Part shown: positions 38,806 through 48,552 of the stretch, piece after piece
How positions within the stretch are numbered: position 1 is the first letter of the stretch
How the letters are laid out: the number at the start of each line of letters is the position of its first letter
DNA from: Leptospiraceae bacterium
GTDB lineage: Bacteria; Spirochaetota; Leptospiria; Leptospirales; Leptonemataceae
DNA: 64,000 nt
Reading direction: 5' to 3'
NCBI GenBank assembly: GCA_040217195.1
Contig: JAVJNR010000004.1
Location: 800,001 to 864,000 of the forward strand
Position numbers and translations under genes: made by a program
Notes under the pieces: model-generated
What the model was told of the DNA's origin: nothing
The model's database searches: none
Seen by the model: only the letters and a program-made list of their open reading frames with translations

Positions 38806-40743
38806 TTATTTTGCTGCCTTGCTTTTCTCTGAAGGCGTCCTTCCATACATCTCATCAATGAGGTGCTGATACTTTTCTGTAATTACATGTCGCCTGAGCG
38901 AAAGCTTGGCAGTTAGTTCATCCGCGGCTTCAAAGGTCTTGGGTACCAGCTTGAAAGTATTGACTCTTTCAAAACTTTTGAAACCGTTTTCGGCTGAAAT
39001 CTCCTGCTTTATGGCCTGTGAGATTTTAGCTTCCACTTCAGGATGTTCGGAAAGCTCAGCCACACTCAGGGATTCGTAGCCCAGAGACTGGAAGCCGTCC
39101 ACAGAAGGAACAATCAATGCACCCAGACTTTTTTCATCCTGGCCCACCACCATTACATGGTCCACAAGCGGGGACTGAAGCAACCGGTTCTCTATAGGCA
39201 CCGGTTCCACATTTTCGCCACTTGCCAGCACAATAGTATCTTTGGAACGACCCAGAATCTTGACGCAATCGTTGAATGTCATCATACCGATGTCGCCGGT
39301 ATTCATCCAACCATCCTTCATGACTTTATCAGTCGCTTCCTGATTCTTATAGTATCCACGCATAACAATAGGGCCACGGACATGAATTTCTCCCCTCAGG
39401 CCTCTACCATTATGCTTGTTTTTGGCATTCGGATACAGGATATCCCCGTGATTTAAATCAACAATGCGAATCTCAACACCCTCCAGAACGGGACCTACTG
39501 TTTCAATTACCAGTTTGTTTACGGTTCTTGCCGTGATCGGTCCTGCGGTTTCGGTCATTCCGTAGCCTTCGAGCACTGGAATACCTACATAGGTGAAGAA
39601 TTGATCCACATGGCGAGGTAATGCACCACCGCCGGAGATGGTAGCTTTCAAGCTGGCTCCCGCGGCCTGGCGAATCCTCTCCAGAACGGCCACATTGAAG
39701 AATCCGTAAAGTGGAGTGACAAGCAGCCATCTGAGTAGATGAAAGATCCAGCCCAGAGAAAACAGGATGGGATTGGGCTTATGCAGATGCAGAGCCCGGT
39801 TCTTCAAGTAGAACTGAGAATTCTTATAGATCTCAGCAAGGCCATAACCTGTATGAAATAAAAAGCGACGTACTGGATGAGCAGCCTGCGCATTATCCAG
39901 AATTCGCATGTAAAGAACTTCCCACAGCCTGGGAGCCGATCCCATGAATGTGGGCTGCACATTCTTCAAGTCATCTCCCAGCATGCGAATGCTGGAATAA
40001 TAAGTGGAACATCCTTTTGCGATGGAGAACATCTCAAGAGCACGTTCAAAAATATGCCATACAGGCAATATACTCAGCGCACGATCGTGAGGTCCAAGAT
40101 CCACCGGAATGCAATCGATCATATACATGATATTGCTATGTTGCAGCATCACTCCCTTGGGAGCCCCGGTAGTACCGGATGTATAGATAATTGTGGACAG
40201 GTCTTCGGGCTGCACCTGGGCAGCTCTCTCTTCCGCTCGACGATCCCCATCCTTTCGCAGATTGCGACCTTTTTCGATCAGGTCCTTCAGATGCAGTACA
40301 CCTTCTGGAGCTTCCTGATCCATGTTCATCAATATGTAGGTTTCCACCGCCGGGAGTTCAGACTTCAATGCTGAGACCCGTTTCCAGATTTCTACGTTTT
40401 CAATGAAACAAATGCGAACATCTGCATGGGGCAGAATATAGGTGATATCTGAATCAGTAAGATCTGTTCCTCGGGGAACATCCGCCGCTCCTGCCAGCTG
40501 AATGCCGCAGTTACTGATGATCCATTCGATCCTGTTGTCGGCTATAAGACCTACGTGCTCCCCTCGCTCCAGCCCCATATCGATCAATGCTGTGGCCAGA
40601 GAGACTCCTTCTTCGTAGACCTCTCCGAATGTAGTTGGCTTCCAGAGCCTTGATTTGAGTCGCGTGCCAAAAGCTACGCGCTTGTCATGAACCTGGGCTG
40701 CTTTAGCAAACAGCTCCGCCGCGGTACCGGCTTTCACTTCCAT
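38806..40743 (-). CDS. Long-chain fatty-acid--CoA ligase (paralog 2)
   Basis: YTSGTTGAPKG, EGYGMTE, TGDIG, GRSKD; AGGAGG RBS. Confidence 0.93.
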   Translation of the reverse strand: MEVKAGTAAELFAKAAQVHDKRVAFGTRLKSRLWKPTTFGEVYEEGVSLATALIDMGLERGEHVGLIADNRIEWIISNCGIQLAGAADVPRGTDLTDSDITYILPHADVRICFIENVEIWKRVSALKSELPAVETYILMNMDQEAPEGVLHLKDLIEKGRNLRKDGDRRAEERAAQVQPEDLSTIIYTSGTTGAPKGVMLQHSNIMYMIDCIPVDLGPHDRALSILPVWHIFERALEMFSIAKGCSTYYSSIRMLGDDLKNVQPTFMGSAPRLWEVLYMRILDNAQAAHPVRRFLFHTGYGLAEIYKNSQFYLKNRALHLHKPNPILFSLGWIFHLLRWLLVTPLYGFFNVAVLERIRQAAGASLKATISGGGALPRHVDQFFTYVGIPVLEGYGMTETAGPITARTVNKLVIETVGPVLEGVEIRIVDLNHGDILYPNAKNKHNGRGLRGEIHVRGPIVMRGYYKNQEATDKVMKDGWMNTGDIGMMTFNDCVKILGRSKDTIVLASGENVEPVPIENRLLQSPLVDHVMVVGQDEKSLGALIVPSVDGFQSLGYESLSVAELSEHPEVEAKISQAIKQEISAENGFKSFERVNTFKLVPKTFEAADELTAKLSLRRHVITEKYQHLIDEMYGRTPSEKSKAAK

Positions 40744-40836
40744 TGAAATTCTCCTCCTGACTGCTTTTCTTTGTTGAATGGAAAAGCATCATACCAGGCA
40801 CTCGGCCTGGCCCCCGTTCTTTTATCTAACTTTCAT

Positions 40837-42744
40837 TTATGAATAAAGCTCATCTATCTGCTGCCTGAAATTCTCTTTGATTACAGGCCTTTTCATCTTC
40901 AATGTTCGAGTCATCTCTGTATCCTGATCAAAGGCTCGAGGCGAAATATAAAAACAATTTCCAGGAATCACCTCAAATGATTTGAATCCGGTCTCTTTAC
41001 TAATTAGTCCTGTGATTTGTTTTCGATACAGGTCTCTTACCGGTTTGCTCGCATCCCAGAGGTCGGTATTCTCCGGTGCTTCCTCTCCCAGGGCTCCACG
41101 AACATTTTCATATGCTGGCACAATAATGGCCCCCAGGGTTTTTTTATCATCACCCACCACCATTACCTGGTCTATGTATTCTGACTGCAACAGCTTATCT
41201 TCAATCGGAACTGGCTCAATGTTTTCTCCTCCGGCTAGTGCAATTGTATCCTTGGCTCGGCCGGCAAACATTAACTCGCCTCGCCAGTTCAAAGTCATCA
41301 GGTCACCGGTATCAAAAAATCCATCCCTATCAAAGACTGTCTCATTTAGCTGCGGACGTTTATAATAGCCCATTAGAATTTGCTCGCTCTTAACCCAGAG
41401 AGAACCTTTGGCGCCGGGAATGGATGTTACATCCTTGCCGGTATCGTCTTTGAGTTTAATCTCATATCCAGCCAGGGGCACACCCACGGTTCCGGGCGTA
41501 GGCTTTTTCAGAGTTCGTGAAGAGATCACTGCACTGGTCTCTGTCATGCCATAGCCTTCCAGTACCAGAATGCCTATAGCAGACAGAAACCGATCTACAA
41601 CTCCTGGCAATGCAGAACCTCCTGACACAGAGACTCGCAGCCGGCCCCCCAGAGCCCCTCGTATGGGAGCAAAAATCTTCATTGACAATGCCTTTAATGG
41701 CGACATCAGAATAAGCACAAATAGTGCATAACTTCTATAGAAGAAACTCAGGATAAAGTTTCGCCTCTGGACCTGGTGATCGAATCCCATGAGCACCGCC
41801 CGGTATTTAAACCAGGTGGCTCCCACAGACAGAAAGAAGTTAAAGATTTTCTGTTTACCTGCAGATTCCTTTTTGATTTTACCAATGATGCCATTGTATA
41901 TGGACTCCCAGATCCTGGGCACGGAAGGAAATATTGTGGGACGAATTTCCTTTAGATCTTCACGCAGTACATTAATATCACTTACGGTAAATTCCATGCC
42001 TTTGTAGGCCAGAGCATACTCCGCCGCTCTTTCAAAAGCATGCCAGGGAGGAAGCAGGCTTACAGCTACATCATCGCTACGGAAACCTGTTCTTTTCAAT
42101 GTTGTCAAAATAGCATAGATCCAGCCGGACTGAGAGAGCATGACTCCCTTGGGCTCCCCCGTGGTTCCGCTTGTGTAGATCAATGTAGCCAGGGCTTTCG
42201 GATCTACAGAGGCAACGGTCCTGGAAACAATAGCTGCATCCCTGGACAGAGCAGTTCTTCCTTTCTCGGCCAGAGCACCCAGGGTATGCGAGCCCTGGGC
42301 CATCTCGAAGGAATCATCCTCCATGTAGTAGATGGACTGAACGGTCGGAATCTTATCGCCCATGGACTTCAGTCGGTCCATGTCCTTCTTTTTTTGAACT
42401 ATTGCGAAATTGGCCTCTGAATGATTGGCAATGTAGGAGATATCCTCATCCGTAACGTCGGTGCCGCGCGGAACACTGACTGCGCCGGTACCTGTAATAG
42501 CAGCATCCGTAACCAACCAGTGGGTGGAGGTGTCGCACAGGAACAAAACACGATCCCCGGACTTTACACCTATCTCCAATAAGCCGGCCAGAACCTGATC
42601 GCAAAGGTCTTTTAGCTGACCAAAGGTACGGCCCCGGAGCTTTCCGTCCGGCATTCTTCGCTTGAATGTTTCTTTCCCTGGATGCTGACTTGCAGCAAGT
42701 TCCAGAATTCCGTAAAATGTCTTTGGTGTGGAATCGGAATTCAT
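40837..42744 (-). CDS. Long-chain fatty-acid--CoA ligase (paralog 3)
   Basis: YTSGTTGEPKG, EGYGMTE, TGDL, GRAKD. Confidence 0.93.
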   Translation of the reverse strand: MNSDSTPKTFYGILELAASQHPGKETFKRRMPDGKLRGRTFGQLKDLCDQVLAGLLEIGVKSGDRVLFLCDTSTHWLVTDAAITGTGAVSVPRGTDVTDEDISYIANHSEANFAIVQKKKDMDRLKSMGDKIPTVQSIYYMEDDSFEMAQGSHTLGALAEKGRTALSRDAAIVSRTVASVDPKALATLIYTSGTTGEPKGVMLSQSGWIYAILTTLKRTGFRSDDVAVSLLPPWHAFERAAEYALAYKGMEFTVSDINVLREDLKEIRPTIFPSVPRIWESIYNGIIGKIKKESAGKQKIFNFFLSVGATWFKYRAVLMGFDHQVQRRNFILSFFYRSYALFVLILMSPLKALSMKIFAPIRGALGGRLRVSVSGGSALPGVVDRFLSAIGILVLEGYGMTETSAVISSRTLKKPTPGTVGVPLAGYEIKLKDDTGKDVTSIPGAKGSLWVKSEQILMGYYKRPQLNETVFDRDGFFDTGDLMTLNWRGELMFAGRAKDTIALAGGENIEPVPIEDKLLQSEYIDQVMVVGDDKKTLGAIIVPAYENVRGALGEEAPENTDLWDASKPVRDLYRKQITGLISKETGFKSFEVIPGNCFYISPRAFDQDTEMTRTLKMKRPVIKENFRQQIDELYS

Positions 42745-42874
42745 TCAGTGCATTTTAGGTATGCACGGGGTCCGGCAAGCAGATTTTGGCTCGGCTCTCT
42801 TCTCAGATGAAATTCCTGTAAGATTTAATTGCCCACTGCTACCTTTCGTTGCTACTTAATATAAGAGGAAACCG

Positions 42875-43189
42875 ATGGAAAAGAACCTACCCGCTTCTTT
42901 TGATGATTTATTGAAGAGCCATGATAAACCAGTACTGGTGGATTTCTGGGCCCCCTGGTGCGGGCCCTGCAAAATGGTAGCACCGGTTCTGGAAGAGCTG
43001 GCGCGGGACTGGAAAGGCAGGATTACCATCATTAAGGTAAATACTGATGAGAAACCGGACATTGCCTCCCGGTATCAGATATCTGGAATACCTACGTTAA
43101 TTCTCTTCAAAGCAGGACAGCCTGTACATCGAATTTCCGGCGCTCTCCCTTTAGATCAGATGAAGGCTCAGTTTCAGGGGTTTCTGTAG
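42875..43189 (+). CDS. trxA: Thioredoxin
   Basis: DFWAPWCGPCK; IPTL; 104 aa. Confidence 0.96.
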   Translation: MEKNLPASFDDLLKSHDKPVLVDFWAPWCGPCKMVAPVLEELARDWKGRITIIKVNTDEKPDIASRYQISGIPTLILFKAGQPVHRISGALPLDQMKAQFQGFL

Positions 43190-43211
43190 GTTGGAATAAA
43201 TCGCACAAACT

Positions 43212-44000
43212 CTACCCGGGCTGACCAACCAGTCCGGCTAACATTGCAAATCCAATGACAACAAGCAATGCAGTGACCATTAACTGAATAGTGCGAATTG
43301 TGGCTTTTTTTAGAAATCGTTTACCCAGCAAAGCTCCAAGAAAAGCCGCAAGAACAGCCACCAGAAGAACTGTAAGATTCGCTTCTGCTAGCCTGGCCTG
43401 CATTTCCAGGCCATAGACGGTAAGGCGACCCAGATCCACAGCACAGGCAATTGCAATCCCTGTGGCCACAAATACATCCCTGGACAAACCCTGTCGCAGC
43501 AAGAATATGCTTCGCAACGCCCCTTGATGGCCGGACAATCCACCGAAGAATCCACTGAGGGAACCACCCAGGATAAGATGAGACTTGCCTTCGCTTTTCT
43601 TTGGAACCAACAATTCAAAAAAAGCAAAGAAGATGAGCAGGGAGCCCATCAAGGCTGCCAGATAGCTCACCGAAAAGTGGTATTCCCTGAACTCATAGGA
43701 ATACGCTGCTTCCTGAAAACCGCCCAGCAATGTCAGAAGATGGGCGCCCAGAATTGCCATCAAGATGGCAGGAATGCCAAATGCCAGCACCACTTTCCAG
43801 TTCACATGCTTTCGCATTAATGCAAACTTGAATAGATTGTTGGACAGATGTACGATGGCTGTGAGCGCCACAGAAAGATCCAGTGGAAAAAAGAATGCGA
43901 ATGCGGGTAGCAGTATTGTGCCCAGGCCAAAGCCGGAGAAGAAAGTTAGCAGTGATGCAATCACAGCCACCAGAGCCACGACTATGTAGACGGTTTCCAT
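43212..44000 (-). CDS. Sulfite exporter TauE/SafE family membrane protein
   Basis: SGFGLG..LLP and SGFFGGLSGHQG repeats; about 8 TM segments. Confidence 0.87.
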   Translation of the reverse strand: METVYIVVALVAVIASLLTFFSGFGLGTILLPAFAFFFPLDLSVALTAIVHLSNNLFKFALMRKHVNWKVVLAFGIPAILMAILGAHLLTLLGGFQEAAYSYEFREYHFSVSYLAALMGSLLIFFAFFELLVPKKSEGKSHLILGGSLSGFFGGLSGHQGALRSIFLLRQGLSRDVFVATGIAIACAVDLGRLTVYGLEMQARLAEANLTVLLVAVLAAFLGALLGKRFLKKATIRTIQLMVTALLVVIGFAMLAGLVGQPG

Positions 44001-44180
44001 AATCTCATCTCTCCAGGAGTTTCAGTCCATTAAGGAACCAGCTAATTCGGTTTTCCTTTCGTTTCGAATTGAAGACCAAACAAGCATTCCATGGTACTCC
44101 ATAAAAACCTGAGGAGACTCCAGTCCTGGTTGCCCGCCCGAGGCGGGTTCAAGCCTACTATCGAATCGATTGGAATTGGA

Positions 44181-45029
44181 TCAATTTTTCTGGAAAAGCA
44201 TAACCATGTAGGCTTTGTACTCAGAAAAGATTTCAGATCCCTGGTTTGAATACTTCACATGGAGCTTGCGAATTTTCTTTCCAAACATCCAACTCAGAAT
44301 CCTGTAAATAAACGGATAGCGCCTCTGAACGATTTCAAAGATACCCTCAAATACCGGGAAGATTTTCTCAGTAATCGTTTCCTGATAGAGGTCCATGGTA
44401 GGTGCAACAAACTTTGTTATATCTACCTTCTTCTTTAGCTTGAAGCCTTGATTGGCAGCTTCTTCCAGGAAATAATCCAGGGGATGGCCGGACTTGCTCA
44501 GTCCTGGTCGGTCCAGCTCTTTGATCCGAAAGAAATCTGCTACAAGAACGTGACCCTTTGGCTTGAGAAAGGCATGGCTTTGCTTCCAGCCCTCCTGCAT
44601 TTTGATGTACTGGCATGATTCGCTCATAAGGACCATATCGAACGGTGCAAGACCGGAGCTGGAAGGGTCAAGATTCTCATACAGATCTGTTATCGCCGCC
44701 ACTTTGCCTCCGGTATTTTCCAGAGTTTTTTCGATTAGATAGGGATCCGGGGCAAGACAGGTAACGTCATATCTCTTCTTAACAAGCTGAGTGGCAACGC
44801 CTCCGGTTCCGCAACCAACATCGAAGACCCTTTTGACGCCAGCAGGTATGTATTTCAGTAGATTTCGGACATAGGCATCCTGAGCCGAAGGAAGTGTTTG
44901 AAGAGTGGGCTTCTTTCCCTTCTCAAAATAGCCATAGTGCAGATGTTCCACGCCGAATAGCTTGTGGCCCAGCCTTAATGCAATATCATTGTAATAGGAT
45001 TTCTTATGAGAATGTTTCTTTGCGGCCAT
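44181..45029 (-). CDS. Class I SAM-dependent methyltransferase (sterol/tocopherol MT-like)
   Basis: HLHYGYF, FDVGCGTGG, ESCQY, LKPKG. Confidence 0.87.
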   Translation of the reverse strand: MAAKKHSHKKSYYNDIALRLGHKLFGVEHLHYGYFEKGKKPTLQTLPSAQDAYVRNLLKYIPAGVKRVFDVGCGTGGVATQLVKKRYDVTCLAPDPYLIEKTLENTGGKVAAITDLYENLDPSSSGLAPFDMVLMSESCQYIKMQEGWKQSHAFLKPKGHVLVADFFRIKELDRPGLSKSGHPLDYFLEEAANQGFKLKKKVDITKFVAPTMDLYQETITEKIFPVFEGIFEIVQRRYPFIYRILSWMFGKKIRKLHVKYSNQGSEIFSEYKAYMVMLFQKN

Positions 45030-45141
45030 TGAGCTGCTACCTTACATTTTCCAGGATTGAACCGGCAGTTTTCTCTCGAACGCTGAAGGCTCAACATAAA
45101 TTCTGTACCCACAGTGCAGGATTTATTCTGCGGAGAGAACA

Positions 45142-45624
45142 ATGAGCAAGCCATATAGATTAAATGCAGGAATGATTGTCTTCAACTCCACAGGCCAGGT
45201 ACTTGCAGGGGACCGAATTCAGTATCCAGGTCATTTTCAGTTTCCCCAGGGAGGAATCGATAATGGAGAGGATCCTCAACAGGCTGCCATTCGGGAGCTC
45301 CATGAAGAGCTAGGACTTCTGCAAGAGGCTCCCGTGGGGGAGATTCCTGGATGGCTCACCTATGAATTCCCGGAAGATATTCCTGACCATCTCAAGAAGT
45401 TCCGGGGCCAGAAGCAGAAATGGTTCTACTTTCAATGGGATGGTAGTCCTGATTCATTGGATCTTGATCTGCATGAAAGGGAGTTCAATTCTGTGCACTG
45501 GATGGAGCTGGATTCCCTGGTAGCCAATATTATTCCTTTTAAAAAAGAGGTGTATGGAGCCATTGAAAAGCATGCAAGAATCTTCATACCAGACTATCTT
45601 GCTTCGTTGAAAGGGCAACGTTAA
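45142..45624 (+). CDS. rppH: RNA pyrophosphohydrolase (Nudix)
   Basis: YRLNAG, QFPQGGID.GE...AAIRELHEELG Nudix box, GQKQKWF, PFKKEVY. Confidence 0.9.
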   Translation: MSKPYRLNAGMIVFNSTGQVLAGDRIQYPGHFQFPQGGIDNGEDPQQAAIRELHEELGLLQEAPVGEIPGWLTYEFPEDIPDHLKKFRGQKQKWFYFQWDGSPDSLDLDLHEREFNSVHWMELDSLVANIIPFKKEVYGAIEKHARIFIPDYLASLKGQR

Positions 45625-45739
45625 CCGCTGAAATTGCAGAACACGACTCCCGGACCGATCGATACAAAGCTGAAATGAATTCAGGGAAAATTTCTTTACA
45701 GGGTGCGAAAGAACTGTAATCAAATAGTTTCGCGCAAAT

Positions 45740-47005
45740 ATGGAGCCATTTATTCCTCCCGGATTCTCTCTGCCCCTTGCCTGGGGTATCGACTTCAGCC
45801 TTCCGCTGTTGCTACGCATGGTGCAAAATCTGGAAGGTGTCGAAATACTACCTGAAGATAAGAAAATGCTTCGGGACCTTCGAAAAGAGCGGATCCTGTA
45901 TTGTAGCAATCATCCCACCACATCGGAACCACCGGTGGCCTATGCAGTGGCCAAAGTTATGGGATCCCGTTTCCATTATATGGCCTCCCGACAGGTCTTC
46001 GACTGGGCAAATGGAATAATGGGTCGACTGATTCAGGGCGTTGGGGCCTATTCTGTGCTGGCCGGTACTGCGGACCGCGAAAGTATCAAAATGTCCAGGG
46101 CTATCCTGGCTCATCCCGGAGGCAAACTTGTGGTTTATCCGGAAGGAGAACCCACAAGCGGTGAAAACGATAGTCTCCTGCCACTTCAGCCCGGGATTGC
46201 TCAGATTGGTTTCTGGGGCCTGGAGGATGCGCGAAAGTTAGACAATTCTGCAGACATCATGGTACTGCCGGCATTCGTTAAATACGTGTATTCCGGCACG
46301 GAAGCAGCCATTAAGGGAGACATGCACTCCTCTCTGAAGAAGCTGGAGCGAAAGCTTGGCATTGATCCAGAAAACCGGAACATGCTGCGAAGATTTCTCA
46401 CAATAGGCCGAGTGCTTCTGGAGAAGGAAGAAACCAGGTATAACATATCTCCTGCCTCCCTCACTGACTGGGATTATCGTGTTGGTAGAGTGAGGCATGC
46501 CGTACTGGATCAAGTGGCCAATAAGATAGAAGTTAAGGGCTATAATCGAAATGCAGATGCAATAGAAAAGCTGCGATTTCTGCTAAGCATTCTGGAAATG
46601 ATTGCTGTGGAGTATCCTGATCCCCGTTTGCCGGAGGTAGATGAGGAGACCCGAAAATGGGCCCACAGAGAATGCGAAAAAGCCTACCTTTTTATTGTCA
46701 CTCGCCCGGAGTATTTGATTTCCCATCCATCCACGGAACGATTCTATGAATGGCTTGGAAGGTACGAGACTTATGTCCTGGGCAAGACCACGGCCAGACC
46801 CAGAAAAGCCCATGTGCGATTTACTCAACCTCTGTCGCTCACAGAGTATTATGATGACTATAAGAAGAATCGTAAGCAGGGAATCGAAATCATGCTCAAG
46901 GATCTCAAAGATTCCCTGGAAAGACTTATGGTAGAATGCCTGCAGCTTTCTCCTCCCATTGTGCGCCCATTTGATGTGGGCGATGATCCGATGGGCGATT
47001 CCTGA
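45740..47005 (+). CDS. 1-acyl-sn-glycerol-3-phosphate acyltransferase-like (PlsC family)
   Basis: NHPTTSEP (HX4E variant of HX4D), YMAS, YPEGE motifs. Confidence 0.82.
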   Translation: MEPFIPPGFSLPLAWGIDFSLPLLLRMVQNLEGVEILPEDKKMLRDLRKERILYCSNHPTTSEPPVAYAVAKVMGSRFHYMASRQVFDWANGIMGRLIQGVGAYSVLAGTADRESIKMSRAILAHPGGKLVVYPEGEPTSGENDSLLPLQPGIAQIGFWGLEDARKLDNSADIMVLPAFVKYVYSGTEAAIKGDMHSSLKKLERKLGIDPENRNMLRRFLTIGRVLLEKEETRYNISPASLTDWDYRVGRVRHAVLDQVANKIEVKGYNRNADAIEKLRFLLSILEMIAVEYPDPRLPEVDEETRKWAHRECEKAYLFIVTRPEYLISHPSTERFYEWLGRYETYVLGKTTARPRKAHVRFTQPLSLTEYYDDYKKNRKQGIEIMLKDLKDSLERLMVECLQLSPPIVRPFDVGDDPMGDS

Positions 47006-47221
47006 AACTAACAAACCTCCCTGGTGTTCGGAGCCCATGGCCTTTTTCGCGATTCGCTTCGGGAACAAGGCCCTGGATTCACTTCTCGAAAAACACAGCC
47101 CGGTAAGCCTGGCCCGCTCTAATTCTACCGATCAGCCGCCCCTATGCCCGGGATCCATTAAAACCTGTGATTCCATAAAAAAAGCTTGCTACCGAAGCCA
47201 GACACTATACATACGATTGGC

Positions 47222-48283
47222 ATGCATAGAGTAAGCTCTACTTCCCGCGGTCGGGGGGCTCTTTCCTCACCGGAAGGTCGCTTTGAAACCATTCGTCATG
47301 TTCTGGAAGACAATGAATCCCTCCCCCATCCGCAGACATCCGTAATAGAGGAGAAAGCCAAATCCATACTCACCAGGAATCAATCGCCGGATGTGCCCTT
47401 TCGCACAAGCATCAATCCCTATCGCGGCTGCGAGCATGGATGTATCTATTGCTATGCCCGGCCCGCGCATGCCTATGTGGATCTTTCCCCCGGGAAGGAT
47501 TTCGAAACCAGAATCTTCGCCAAGCGAAATGCAGTAGGCCTTCTCAGAAATGAGTTTCATAAATCAGGTTATTCGGTAGATACAATTGTCCTTGGTGCGA
47601 ATACAGACCCATATCAGCCAGTAGAACGTAATGAAAGAATAACCCGGGGAATCCTGGAACTCTGCGATGAGTACAGCCATCCGGTAGCCATTACCACCAA
47701 GAATCATCTGGTTCTGCGGGATTTAGATATTATTGAGCGACTTTCCGCCCGGGAATTGATTTCGGTGAATTTTTCCATTACAAGCCTGGATTCTAAATTG
47801 CTCACTCTTATGGAACCACGAGCCAGCACAGCTTCCCGGCGATTGATGGCATTGAAGACCCTGCGTGATCATGGAGTGCCCGCGGGCGTACTGATGGCAC
47901 CAATCATCCCTGGCCTGAACGATTCGGAGATTGAAGATATTGTGCATGCATCGGCTTCCAGTGGCGCTCTCTGGTTAACACATATCATGTTGCGGCTGCC
48001 CTATGAGGTGAAGGAGCTTTTTTGCGAATGGCTGGAGTATCATTTTCCTCAGAAGAAGGATCGAATACTGCATCTGGTGGAGAGCACACGATCTGGCAAA
48101 TTGAATGATCCCAGATTTGGCCACAGAATGAGCGGAAGCGGAAATTATGCTCAGCTAATCAACTTGCGGGTCCGGGCCGCTGTGCAGCGAAATGGAATAC
48201 CCGGTAGATACGAAATACTGCGAAAAGATCTGTTCCAGAGGGCCCCTGGAGGACAACCAGGTCTGTTCGATATGCCGGCGTAG
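47222..48283 (+). CDS. PA0069/SplB-like radical SAM protein
   Basis: NPYRGCEHGCIYCYARP CX3CX2C; TDPYQPVE; APIIPGLND. Start likely ATG 47222. Confidence 0.93.
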   Translation: MHRVSSTSRGRGALSSPEGRFETIRHVLEDNESLPHPQTSVIEEKAKSILTRNQSPDVPFRTSINPYRGCEHGCIYCYARPAHAYVDLSPGKDFETRIFAKRNAVGLLRNEFHKSGYSVDTIVLGANTDPYQPVERNERITRGILELCDEYSHPVAITTKNHLVLRDLDIIERLSARELISVNFSITSLDSKLLTLMEPRASTASRRLMALKTLRDHGVPAGVLMAPIIPGLNDSEIEDIVHASASSGALWLTHIMLRLPYEVKELFCEWLEYHFPQKKDRILHLVESTRSGKLNDPRFGHRMSGSGNYAQLINLRVRAAVQRNGIPGRYEILRKDLFQRAPGGQPGLFDMPA

Positions 48284-48552
48284 TCGGGACCGGAAGGATA
48301 TTGCCTGAAAAGGCCAGATGGGCCATGGTGCGATTCGCAAAGCTCGGTATCCATAGTTCCGCTTTCTGGTTGATTTCCCTGTTATCGTCCCTCCCATCCA
48401 AAGATTCTGCCCATACGGTGCGAATTACAGAATCCCGGACCGTTATCTATGGTCCTCGCCGGCGTATATCTCATTGCGAGAATTCGCGAGCTAATTGATT
48501 CGAAACATATGTTTTACTTTACATCGATTTCGGTAAGAAATCCAGTTGGTAC

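Noticed and set aside
47160..47222. LexA/SOS box upstream of the PA0069-like radical SAM gene
   Set aside because: CTTGCTACCGAAG only loosely resembles the leptospiral TTTG-N5-CAAA box; not supportable.
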